From Strigamia acuminata (taxonomy: Eukaryota), in contig OX442314.1 in the NCBI GenBank assembly GCA_949358305.1, positions 11,036,001-11,100,000 on the forward strand: 64,000 nt of DNA, written 5' to 3'. Of this stretch, positions 13,507-26,300 are shown piece by piece. Position 1 is the first letter of the stretch. Every line of letters starts with the position of its first letter. A model generated the notes under the pieces. The model did no database searches. It was not told where the DNA came from and worked only from the letters and a program-made list of their open reading frames with translations. Both the position numbers and the translations under genes were made by a program.

Positions 13507-14391
13507 AATGATGGTACATTATATAGTACAAAAACTAAAGCTGAATGGTGATCCGATTTAGAATGGTGATCAAATTAGACAATTTTTTTAAAAATTGTAT
13601 CACTTATTTGTCGCAAATGATAAATAAAAAAAACAAAATGGCACGAATCTCATTACACATCATGGCCACCTTTATAGGACGACACAGATATTGAATAATT
13701 GTTTTTCTATTTCCGCCTTAGAGGGCGCTTCCATTTTGGAAAATCTTTGCGGACCCGTGGAGGTTGGGACACTAACCGCCACAAGAGGACGCTAAAGTAT
13801 GGGGACCCGACTACCTGCATCAACCGAGGCATCAACTCAAGTTGCACACGAGCCCATGAACTTCTTGCTTTGCAAGGTATTAGTGTCGATGTAACACGGT
13901 TCAATTACTCTAAAACGATAATTGAGAAGTACTGAATGACAGCTAATGCAATACATGAGTTGACACAAGTCCAGACGACGAGACGACTGACTAGTGAGTC
14001 CAGTAGCGGATGGCGACAGTGTGCTCTACGTCATAGAATGACTAATGCTAAAAACATAATTGTTAAAGCGGTCGGCGAGTCCCTGACTCACAAGTCAGTC
14101 TGCTCTCACACACACGAAGCCGGGTGGGGGAGGGAGGTCAAGGAGGCGCGCTAACAGCTCTTGTCAAGACCACTTGATAAATCAACTTCTGGTCACAGTG
14201 CACCCTGTCCTCAACGATTTGTACATAGTTTTTATCGACATCTCGACTTGTTTCAACTTGTCTATTGCGTCGGCTATTCAGATTGTCAGATTGTGAAAAA
14301 ACAGCACGCTGTAATCGGCCATAATTAAGTACTCCTTTTTTTTCCAGTCTGGAAAAATTAAACTTACTTGAAGTTCCATCGCCGCATCACA

Positions 14392-17300
14392 ATGCAAAGT
14401 GAAACTGAAACTTTTCAAGAAGAAATGAATGATTTCAGTGAGGGCCATCAGGATTTGGGAAACTTACGGGAGATGAAGGTTGTATGTATGAATTTTTTTT
14501 TCTAATGTGATGAAAATAAATTTGACTTATAGACTCCAAGTCTATCCAAATCTGAGGAGAAAATAACTACCGGTACACCAGAAAATATGATTGGGAGCGG
14601 GAATAATACCGGTACAACTGTTGAAGAACAACGTAACGATAGATTTACTTCTGGTGTTATATAGTTAATTTTTTAGTGTTGTGTTTTTAAACCTCGATTA
14701 TTTCTTTTACTAAACAGTTGAAAGTCGTGATATGGCAGATGGGAAGCGCCCATATACATTTCAGGATAATTTTCAAGTAGAAGAAGTGCTTAGTAAAGGT
14801 GCTTTTAGTGAAGTGTTAAAGGTTACCCACAAAGTGGATGGAAAATTCTATGTTGTAAAGAAGACCGTTTTGAACCAACATAATGACCAGCAGGACAATG
14901 AGCAAATTGTAGAAGACATAAAACTTTTGTCTCGCTTGGACCCTGGATATGTTGTGAGGTACGGGTAAATCTTCATGTATAAACAAGATGTCACGGGCAG
15001 GTTACCCACCCTTCTTTTTTGTTCATTTCTAACTTAGACTAACCCAATCTTAAGTTTTCTTATTTTTTCCCAATCTTTCTTTTCATCTAACATCGATGAA
15101 TCATCTCTAAATATATGCGCAGCTTTATTGCGCGCATCTTATTATTTTCAACAATTAACTTTATTTTATACCTTCCACCCCCTCACCCACTCCAATCGAC
15201 CTGGTCACATGACTCATGTTTACCTGGTCACTACTTTTATCCATAATCCACACTTCTCATACTTCTCTCAACGAGTTAACACCTCTTAGATTGAATTGAG
15301 TTTGTCAATCTTTATTTTGCGCTTTAACACGCGCCCCTTCTAATTTAACACTTAATAGCGCCTCTTTTTGCCCACCTTTTATCCCTTCGCATGCCTGTGA
15401 CATCCTACGCCCACCCGCATACGAATATCACTGCGCATACTCATTCTTTTTAAACGTAAAGACCCACAACGTGAGATTGAGCCCGTCGAATATAAATAAT
15501 GTGTGTTACAGCGAGTTAGGTTTATTCACCGTCCGATATCCGCATATGACGATGGCACAAACAGAGTAAATCTACGAACTTTGCCCGCTGATTTGCGCTA
15601 ACATCACCTTGCGCGTAAATTCAGATCAAATCAATTAAACATCTAAGTTGATTCGTAACAAACATGGCGAGCCTGACAGGATTCGCTCTCACCTATAAGG
15701 CTTAAACGCGCGAAAAGGTTAGTTTTTTGAGTTATTTATTTAATCATTTCACATTTTCTTCATCATGTCGAGACAGTTGGGAGGTGACGGAATTCGTCCC
15801 GTCACGCGCGATCCATTTGATTTCAGTGAGCTGGAAATGGAGCAGGAATGGCAACAGTCCGAACGGAGGAGTGGTGTTCGCCGGGAAGAAGAAAGGGAAT
15901 TTCGAGAGTGGCAGCAACACGACCAATTACGAAGAAGTCGTATCGAACAACAGGAAACGCTTGTGAGTATTGCGCAACAACAGCCAGCCCCATCAAATCA
16001 TATCATGACAATGGCTGTTGCAAATTCACGAGCGCAACCTCAAGTAAATTTTGCCACGTCAACACCCGCTGACTTTTTGGCGGCGCCATCTTTTTTCGAT
16101 TCGACTCAGCCTAGAGCATTAGTAGACCCCGTCACATTAAATACGGAAGGTTTGCTGATGTCCGACTTGCGCAACCAATACTATGCTCAAACACGAGGTC
16201 TAGTAAATGAGATTCGCGAAATATTCCAACAAGGCCCTCGCTCTCTACGAACAGGGACCGCACGGTCTCTGGACGGTGGATCCTCGCATGGCTCCATAAG
16301 AGTTAAAGGCACCTCGGCACCATATGATTTAGGACTTCCCACAGCATGTCCGCACCAGCATCGGGAAGTTGAACATCGAGGCCAGCAGACGAGAACGTCC
16401 GCGCAGGCTGCGCAAATTGTTTACACAACAACCACGCCGCCAATGCCGGCAATGGCAACGATCTACACCCAGGCTCCATCACAGGAACCTGCTCAATTGG
16501 ATTCAACAACACGAGCAAATCGAGATTTAATGAGCTCGATGCTATACTCCAAGATGGGATATCCTCGGGACAGATCCGACACCAAGGCAAAGTTGTCACT
16601 GCCGTCAGTAAGAGCGCAACATACAAGTAAAGATAAAAATTGTTTCAAGCCCGGAAAACCACCTTTGTTTGATCCAGATAAAGCCGATCTTGATTACATT
16701 AATCTTTTTCTTGCGCATTTGTACGCGCACATGTATTCTATGCAGGCCCCGGTGGATGAATATTTAAAAGTATTTGTCATTCAAGCAACGCGTGGAAGAG
16801 CGCAGCGATGGTGGTTATCACTAAAACCAAAACCAAAAACATGGGAGGACTTTGAGATTTTATTTCGACGAGCTTTCGCCATGAATTCGGCAGCGGCCAA
16901 TGTGAAGCTATCTAAGCGAAAGCAGCGAAATGGAGAATCTACGATGTCATTTTTAAGTGAGATTGTGTATTATCTTCAAGTTGCAGGATATACCGACCCA
17001 GAGCTCCAATGGGAGAAAGCTCAGAACATGATGCAAACCGAGGTTGTTCATCTCTTGCGCGCATGGAACGTAAACTCGCTGGACGAGGCGATCCAAAGAG
17101 GTAATGACATCGACAATCGTCTACAGCTGGACACCATTCGAGCAGACGAATACAAAGATCTGGGTATGGCTGATCAACGAATGCCCTCTCTGCGTGATGC
17201 GCAACGCCCCACAGTGCTCAAGGCTGCGGAGAAGTCCAAAGGAGACGATGATGTCAAATCTCTCGTGTCCCAGGACGTCAAACGTTTTGCGAGGTATCGA

Positions 17301-20300
17301 AAACAATTCTTAATCGAGTTAGCTGCAGTGCAGGCGAGACCAGAACAATCTCCACCTGCGCAGGAACCCGATACGAGTAGTAGTAGCAGCGACACGGATG
17401 CTGAACTTGAAATTAAGAAGAGCACAGTCGCCGAGGCGGCTCAGAAAGCAACAATTAAAATAAATTTAGCTACTCTGACGCCTCCAGCGGACGTCCCAAA
17501 GGACCATGTGTGCTCTACGTCAATTGTCACGTTTCCACCAGCGCCAAAACCACCATTAACTGTCAAGTGTCCTGAGAAAGGTACAGCCTGGAGGAAAACA
17601 CCGAAGGATTGGTGGTATTTGGTAGATACAGCAACTTGGCATCCGTTGTGCCCCATATGTTACCAGCCATTTAGGAGACCGGAAAACTCCGAAGGCCTGA
17701 AGTTCGGGAAGCCGGTGGAACCAGGCCGCAAATGAGTCGACCGGCCCTTCGCGCAAAACGTCTGAAATCCAAACGACGCGCTTCACCTTTAATTAACTTG
17801 AAAGAGGACAATCCTTCACAGGTTAATTCAACAACATCTCCTACTGTTATTACTCTTTCAGAGTATAAACCTGTAAGTAGTGTTATTTCTTCATCATCTT
17901 CCATCATCACCTCAGCTACAAAGGCGTCAGATCTGCAGACTGCCGTTCCTGAAGCTGTAAAGGACGAATTGCCGAAATTAACAGATTTGCAACCTGTAAT
18001 TTCGAAGAAAAACCCGAAAGTGACAATAGTGAGTAAAATTACTAAAACTTTACCAATAATTAAGTCTACTTCCAGTGCAACAACGACTGAGGCTCCAAAG
18101 GAAGTGATCTCTCCTATGAAGGTATCTTTCGTAATGTTAACGCCAGAGGAACTTAAAGAAACTCAAGAACCCATCATTGAGATAACGCGCGGGGATCGTT
18201 TGTGCAAGAAAGCACCTTGCGTAAAGATTTCCTGGGCTAATGTAGCTTGTACTGCGCTTCTGGACTCGGGCGCACAAACGTGTGTAATGAGTGAGGACGT
18301 GTTTCAACAACTACACGAAAAAATGGGTTTAGACTTCGTGAATCTCCATGAGCGGGTGCAGGTCGCGTCTGGTGACATAGTAGATTCCACCAAGTCAATG
18401 CAGCTCGCTTTGCGCGCCCCAATAGGCATAATAAAATTCATTTGCATGGTTTTACCCGATGCCAAAATGGATATGCTCCTTGGACGTGATTTCTGCACAG
18501 CGGCCGGAATCGACATCGACCATGCGAGACAGCAGTGGAGCATGGTGGGCTCAAATGAGATTCGCAAATTCATGACTTATGAAGAAGCAAAAAAGTCGGA
18601 GTCAATTCTGATTTTGCCGTTTGCGCCAGAAGAAACGCAGGATCCATCCAACCCACCGGCGGCCATTAGTGAGATCGTTCCGACGAAAATACTAAGGAAA
18701 CCGGATCCGGTGAGTGAAATTAACTGCCTCCTCCTGGCGCATAGACCCTTGCAACAAGAAATATTCGAGTATCCACATGACGATGCGCAGTATCGAGTTA
18801 AACAAGTTCGACATCGTGCGCAACGCAGATGGTCGAATATTTGGTCCCCAAAGAGGAAAGAAACTTCTAAAATTTCCTCCAATTTAAAAAAGACAATTTC
18901 ACGTAAATTAACTTTGAGTCAGTTCCGACGATTACGACGTTTACGACGAAAAATCAATGTTATTCGTCCAATTGCCAAACAACTCGTTGCGCAACGTGCT
19001 AAAGACATCAATGCCAAGAAGGAGTCGAAAATCAACATCTTTTCGATTGCGCAACCTGACAATGGTGGGAATAACTCTAAAATGAACATTAATGACATTA
19101 ATTTTTTGCAGTACCAACCTAGTGGAGATCCGACCGATTTAGATTGGATTTACCACCAGTTGTGGAACCAATTAACAGTGCCACAGATAAAACTATTAAT
19201 TAAAACATTGCAGCCCGTTTCGCAAATCTTTCGCGAAGAAATTGGTTTATGTAATAACACCGAGTACGAGGTGAACCTGAAACCGGATTTTCGTCCAATT
19301 CATGTCCCTGTGCGCCCGGTAAACCCTGCGAAAAAGGCGATAATTGATAAATATATCGACAAAAAGCTGCAGCAAGGTATTATTCAGCGATCCCAAAGTG
19401 ATTGCGCCGTCGCTCCAGTTGTCGTACCCAAGAAGACAGGTGAATGGAGAACTGCTATGGATTTTCGCCCCATTAATGCGCAAACAATTCCGGACGTTTA
19501 CCCCCTTCCGGACATTGATAACATCTTTGCATATTTGGGAGGTGCGCATTGGTTTTCGATAATCGACGGACGCGAAGCTTTCCATCAGATCGGTGTGCGC
19601 AAAGGTGACGAACGGTATTTAGCTTTTATAACACATCGAGGTTTATTCGAATATGTGCGCATGCCTTTCGGACCTATCAACGGACCCGCTACCCTCCAAC
19701 GAGCGATGAATAAGACTCTTGCAAAGTATCTTTACAAATTTGTATTTGTGTATATTGATGACGTGATTATATTTAGCCGAACTTTCGAGGAACACGTGCA
19801 ACATTTGCGCCTCGTTTTAGAGGAATTGTTCAACGCTGGATTCACCATGAACGCCAACAAAACTGAGCTTTGTCAAAAAAGACTCGAGGTTTTGGGACAC
19901 ATCGTGGAATCTGGCCAGATTACACCAAATCCAAAGAAAGTGGTGGCTATTCAAAATTATCCCGCGCCAACCAGTTTGCGCGAATTACAACGATTTAAAG
20001 GCATGGTAGGTTATTACCAATCATTCATTGCAAATTTTTCCAAAATTAGCGAAGTTTTCCGACCATTGCTTAAAAAGGACGCAACTTGGATTTGGACAGA
20101 TGCGCAGCAATTAGCGTTCGAATATCTGAAAGACCAGATTGCGATACCAACACTGAAAAGACGTTTTCCCAGTTGGAAAAAACCATTTATACTACAGACC
20201 GATGCTAGTTATTCTGGATTAGGTGCTGCTTTAATGCAACTTAACGATGAAGGTGTGAGAATTCCTATCGCATTTGCCTCTCGCGCATTAAACAGCGCTG

Positions 20301-23300
20301 AAAAGAACTATAAAGTAACCGAAATCGAATGTTTGGCCGCGGTTTGGGGTGTCAAACGCTTTCGCGCATATCTCGAGATGATGCCATTCTACCTCGAGAG
20401 CGACCATCAATCTCTTAAGTGGTTATTTCAGCAAAGGGAACCAACTGGACGTTTGGCCCGTTGGGTATTATCGTTGAGTGATTATAAATTCACATTTTTG
20501 CACTGCTCAGGATGCAAAAATAAGGTAGCGGATGCACTGAGTCGAGCTCCTGTCGACCCACCTGAAGTCGACGATGAGGATGATAGCCCGGAGGTCGACG
20601 AGGCGTGCTACCTTGCCTATTTTGATGATTGCAGCGAGTGGCCGGCACTTAATATCATCAAGGAATTGCCAAAAGACATTAATTTGCAGTTTCGAAAGTT
20701 ATTTAAATCCAAATTCAAAAAAGTGCCTCTCATTGCAGCTTCTTCACCGACTAAGAAGAGAAATAAGAAAAAATCTCTTATTCCTCGACCAACTGGTAAA
20801 AGGAAGGTGATTGGAAATGCGCCAACTTCAGGTGCGCAAATTCCATCTTCTACTGGCGTAGCTACTCCTCCAACGAGGGCACCGCCGGTTACAATCCCTC
20901 CGGTTGCACCAGCCCCAGTTGTGCAACCAACTGCAACGCCAAATGCATCAGTTCCAGTTGCGCAACCAACCTCACAAGTAAAAACTCCTAATTCATCACC
21001 AGTTCGTGTTTCAGTGCCTTTACGAACCCGCCGACAGCGCTCTTTAATCCCAATTCTGATAAAGAAACGAGGAAGACCACGTAAAATTAATATTGTGCCA
21101 ATTTTATCTCCTCGTGCTAAACGGGCAATCGCCACACGAACTCGAGCTAGATTAAAGGATCCATCTTTAATTCCTAAAACACCCCCATGGCTACCACCCA
21201 GGTATGCGGGAACTATTAAAAAGTGGACATTTCCAAAGTTATTGAAATCACAGCAAGTAGGAAAGTTGAAGGCAGTGCGACGTAAATCCGCTATTCCTTC
21301 CCATGTGGTGAAACCCAAACCTAAATCAGTTTTAATTCCACCACCCTTACCTATTCCTACCCCTCCTGCAACTCCAATATCCACTCCTATTCCTAGTTCC
21401 ATTCCTCCTTCGGCAATTATTCCAACCAGAATTCCTGCGCCAATAAATCCGTCTAGTTTTAGAAAAAAGACTGCTTCGGCACCATCACAATTGCCGACAC
21501 CTGGAACTTTGGTGGATAAAATACGACGAAATTTCCGTCGAATCACTGGAGTCCCCGCACCAATAATTCAACCTGATAGCCATCGAAGGCCTACTACTAA
21601 ACCTTCTTCTGAAATTCCAAATTTACCAACTCCTTCCCCAACTCCTTCAATTCCTATCACTGATTTTCCTGTTATTTCTCCGCGTCAATATTCTGAACCA
21701 GTGATGTATGACGATGCGGCGGGACCATCAGGACAGCAGAGGCCAGAGGGATATACTTCGGACCCGGATTCTGACTCTACATCATCTGAGGACAGTTTTG
21801 GACCCATTCGTGACATGTCGCCACCAACAAGGAATTATTATGCGCCTCCAACATCAGCGCGAAGAACTCCGTCGAGATTGCGTCCGCGACGGGAAAGGAC
21901 AGTAATTGAAGATTCGAGGACTGAAGCAGAGAAGCAAGCCGAATTGGAGCACGATCCACCAATTGAACATCCTCCGTTCGAGCTGTTGCCTACTGCTGCT
22001 GAAATCATTGCTGCGCAAAGACAGGATCCCTGGTCGCGTGAGTTGATATTTTATTTAACTGCCCAAATGTTACCACTTGATCCAGATGAGGCTGCCAAAA
22101 TTGTGGCTAACGCGCAGGATTTCGGCATGTATAAAGAGATGTTATGTCGCTTCCCTCCTGTCCATATTAATGAAATAAGAAAGAGGCGCCAAATATATCT
22201 CCCATTTGAACTTAGAGAAAGATATTTCCGCGCAATGCACTATCCTCCCGTAGTTGGGCATATGGGGCAAGAACGAACACTCCATCGCATTAAATCGCGC
22301 GTATTTTGGCCAAAAATGCGCGAAGATATTCGGACATGGATACAGGTTTGCGAAGCGTGTCAAAGAGCTAAACCCCTTAACAGGCTCCCATATGGAAAAA
22401 TGATAATGTCCAGATCGCGCCATCTTTTCTCTGCTATCTACATCGACTATTACGGCAAGAAACCTCGATCCACAGAGGGACATTGCTATGCCTTTGTGAT
22501 GGTCGACTCTGCTAGCCGATGGTTAGACGTACGTCTAACCGAAAACTCAAATATAGCCACTACGGTGAAACAAATTCAGAAATTCTGCAAAAGATGGGGT
22601 TTTCCCAAAATAATTATCAGCGATAATGCGCCTGCTTTTCGCTCACCAGAATTTCGTAGCCAAATCCAGCAACTTGGCGCAATAAATAGATATACCGCCG
22701 CATATCACCCGCAAGGTAATATTGCGGAAAGGCTTAACCAATCATTAAAGAACTGTATATTAGCATATATTGATGATGACCATACTAGATGGGACGTCAA
22801 CATTGGATATTTCGTGCTCGCGATTAATTCAGCGTATCAAATTTCTTTAAAGTATTCACCCTTTAAAATGGTAACAGGCCAGGAAGCTCGATTTCCGGGC
22901 GACCTGGATAGCGACACGGATGACGGAGAACCGTTGCCGCCCGTGGAAGCTGAGAATTTGCACGAACATATGCGTAGAATGCGAGAAAGCGCGATTAACA
23001 ACTTGCGCGAGTCCCAAATTCGACACAAAAAATGGTTCGATTTAAAACGTCGTCCCCATGACTTCCGTCCTGGCGACTGGGTAACTTTGCGCAATCGGCA
23101 ACCTTCATCTGCCGATAAGCAATTCGCAGCAGGTTTACGCCAACGGACTAAAGGTGTATATATTATACATAGATTGGTGGGCCCCAATACAGTAATCCTA
23201 ATGGATGAAAACGGCCAAAAAACCCAGCCTTATAATGTCGTGGAATTGCGACATTGGTTTTTTGCCGAGGCCAACTTTTTAACTTTAAAAGACGTTGAAA

Positions 23301-26300
23301 TTATTGATAAACATGTTGAAATTTTTACTGTCAACACTTTAGATATTTTTTCTACCTACTTTCTTTCATTTAAGTAATTTTCTTTTATTTTTTGAAAAAA
23401 AAAAAAAAAAACAAAAAAAAACAAAAAAAAAAAAACCAAGAGTAATCCGGTGTAAATCTATCTTTACTACCTATTTTGTTTAAAAACTATTTTTCCTTTC
23501 ATTCTAAATTTATTCATCCTAATTTTTATGTTTTATGATATTTTATGTTTTCTTCATATTTTATATTTAATGTTTTGTGTTATGTATTTTATGTTTATAC
23601 TCGGTCACTCGAAAATAACTAAGTCCATTTTAATTAGGGACCATGTCCGTCACCAGAGTGCGCGATGCCAATTAATCTCTAACAATAGCACGTGGCTATT
23701 TCCACAATTCATTTAAATTATTCAATTAATATAATTTATGCGCACTTTATTTAAATTAATATTCTGTGTTCTGAATTATGACTTGTTTATCTCACCATCC
23801 TTATTTAATCACTTTGAAACAAGAGTTTTAAGCGAAGACAACCTTCGTTAACTTCTGAATTCCAACACTGAGTGTCGCCTTTCTATTGTAATTAGTTAGT
23901 GTCTAACCTCGAACCCGACTTTATTATATGTGCGAGTTTTCAATCGTTCATCGAAGCTTCTCGAAGCCAAGTTTTACGACTCGTTACATTCCTAGGAATA
24001 TTCTTTAGTCCTCGTTGTTTGTTTCGTTCTGTGCGCGTTCGTGTTGTTGCGCGTCGTAATTGTGAGTATCGTTTGTCAAACGTATTATTTGTTCTGTGTA
24101 TTCATATAAACATTGCCTCCATCAACTTAGGCGCATTATACTCAATACATATCGAAACCAACATGGCGTGTTGTAATGAAGACTTCCCGGGAAGGAAATA
24201 CCCTAAAAACTATCGAACACCACCTTTACATGCGACGGGTCCACCGAAGTTTCCACACAACCATCCCGACGATCCACTCGATGCTGGATTCCCCAACTAC
24301 GAGATATGTCCGGTATGCTCTGGTTATGGTAAAGAGATTGACCCGCCGAGGCCCGAATGCAAGTGCCGGGCGTGTGATGGTCGAGGGGACTTACGGCGCA
24401 ATTTACACATCGTTTGGATGCGCCAAATTTACGGTTGGGTGTTGCGAAGATACGAACAAGACCATGTGATTATAGTGAGTGTAACATATCCACCATTCCG
24501 CCCACTGAACGGTAGTCCGGTGTCAATACAGAGGTTCCGGACGATCCACTTCTGGTATTGGCACCGGGCGCAACGAGTTGCGCACACAAATCGCATTACA
24601 CCGCGACAATGGATCTATCCGATGGCGGAAGTAGTTCAACTTCTATATATCCAAGTGCCAAACTTACTCCAAGACGAAGTGGAAGGGCTGGCTCCCATGT
24701 TGAGAGAACAACATCTGGTTGACCAGATGCAATCTGCGACAATTCGTTATTTTCACCCATTTCCAGGGGATGCCTCGATGATGAATGAGCAAGTGGAACT
24801 GGTTGCAGAGACTCAGGGCGCAATGGATACCATAGACACTAATGACCAGTCAGTATTACCCTATTTTACAGGAAATCGTCCTCCATGTTCAATCAACAGA
24901 CGAGAGGATCGTACGGAGAAGCTTACGCAGAAAGTGCTGGGTAAGATCGAGGACACAAGAGTGCCTCTGCGTCGAGACGAAACTAGGGACACCAATACAA
25001 CCCGATACCGTCCACAGCCATCTGAGGAAACTCTTGCGCAAGCAACAGCGCAATTGGCCGGTTTATCCATTGTTGATAACGGGGACGATGAGGACGACGA
25101 TGATTCTATGTTCACGAGTGTATCTACCCATATTGATTTAATTCCAGCTACAAAGGACGAGAATTTAAACCCGCCTTGTGATTTGCGCTATTTTTCTGGC
25201 CGTTCTACGTTGGGAAGGGTGACTGAGCAAGAAATGGCAGAACTAACTCGTGCACATAATGAAGCAATCGCCCAGTGTCGCTCCAGCACTCCTCCAGTTC
25301 GGGACAACGAATCAAGTTTCAGTGTAACCCCGTCCATCTGTGGAGTGGCCCATGAGATTTTTGCAGAAACACCGGCTGCGCAGGTCCAAGATGTCCGAAA
25401 GTTGGAGCGGAAAATGGCCGATCCACGGTTGTCCAATGTTCCGTCCACGCAGCAACCCCGCGGACCACCACTCAGTGCACGACTTCCTCCAGCGATGCGG
25501 GAACGATTTGCGCAATCACCACAGAACGCGAATTTATCCGCGACATCTTTAAAACCAACTTATGATAATAATAATCTCAATTCTAACACAGGTGCCCGAC
25601 CGAAGCTTTTAGCAAAGAAAAATATTCTCGTGACAACTGCGAGTGCTACTTCCACCACGGTAACGGCGGCTAGGGCAACGGAGGCCCCCTCGTGTTCGAC
25701 GACGAAGATTTCGAACATTCCAGTGTCGACGCCTGGACCCATCACTTATGCGCAGTTACCATCGCGCAATGTTTCCACGACTACAAAGGCTGCTTCCACA
25801 CCAAGTACGATTTCGGTCTCCTCTAGCCAGACTTCGACGCCGCCCCCTCGAGTGGCTCCTACCGAAGCCAGCGCGACTGTTGCCTCTGATGGGGCACAGG
25901 CTCTTGGAGATATTGCCTCTCATTGCGATCTGGCAGTTGACCGATACGGCGTAACAACGAAACCGGTAAATTCTCTGGAACTAATTCCCGATTTATTAGA
26001 TGAGTTCGAGGTCGAGATTTGTGTAAAGGGGCCAGAAGTGTCTAAGACCCGATTTGATATGGAACGTAAAGGATGGATTGCGCTTTTAGAACATATGATG
26101 GACAAAGATTTTGAGATACTTCGTGTGGATTTCCGTAACATTCATGGTCAGATGAAGACTCGTATTCGCGATATGGCTGCTCAAGTATTGAGGCGGATGT
26201 CGGAGTGCGATATCTACGATCATGATGGCGTTCTGGAGCAGTTAATTTGGATCATGCATGAGGAGATCTCGCGCATGATCTATCACATTCGGCGCCGTCG

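Noticed and set aside
13699..14154. Short ORFs in the upstream block (also 49470-49911)
   Set aside because: Frames are not conserved among the three copies of the block
20617..21546. 309-aa antisense Gly-rich ORF
   Set aside because: Mirror of the Pro-rich pol spacer codons
23899..24162. GTG-initiated N-terminal extension of ORF3
   Set aside because: Eukaryotic context; the first ATG with good Kozak context is at 24163
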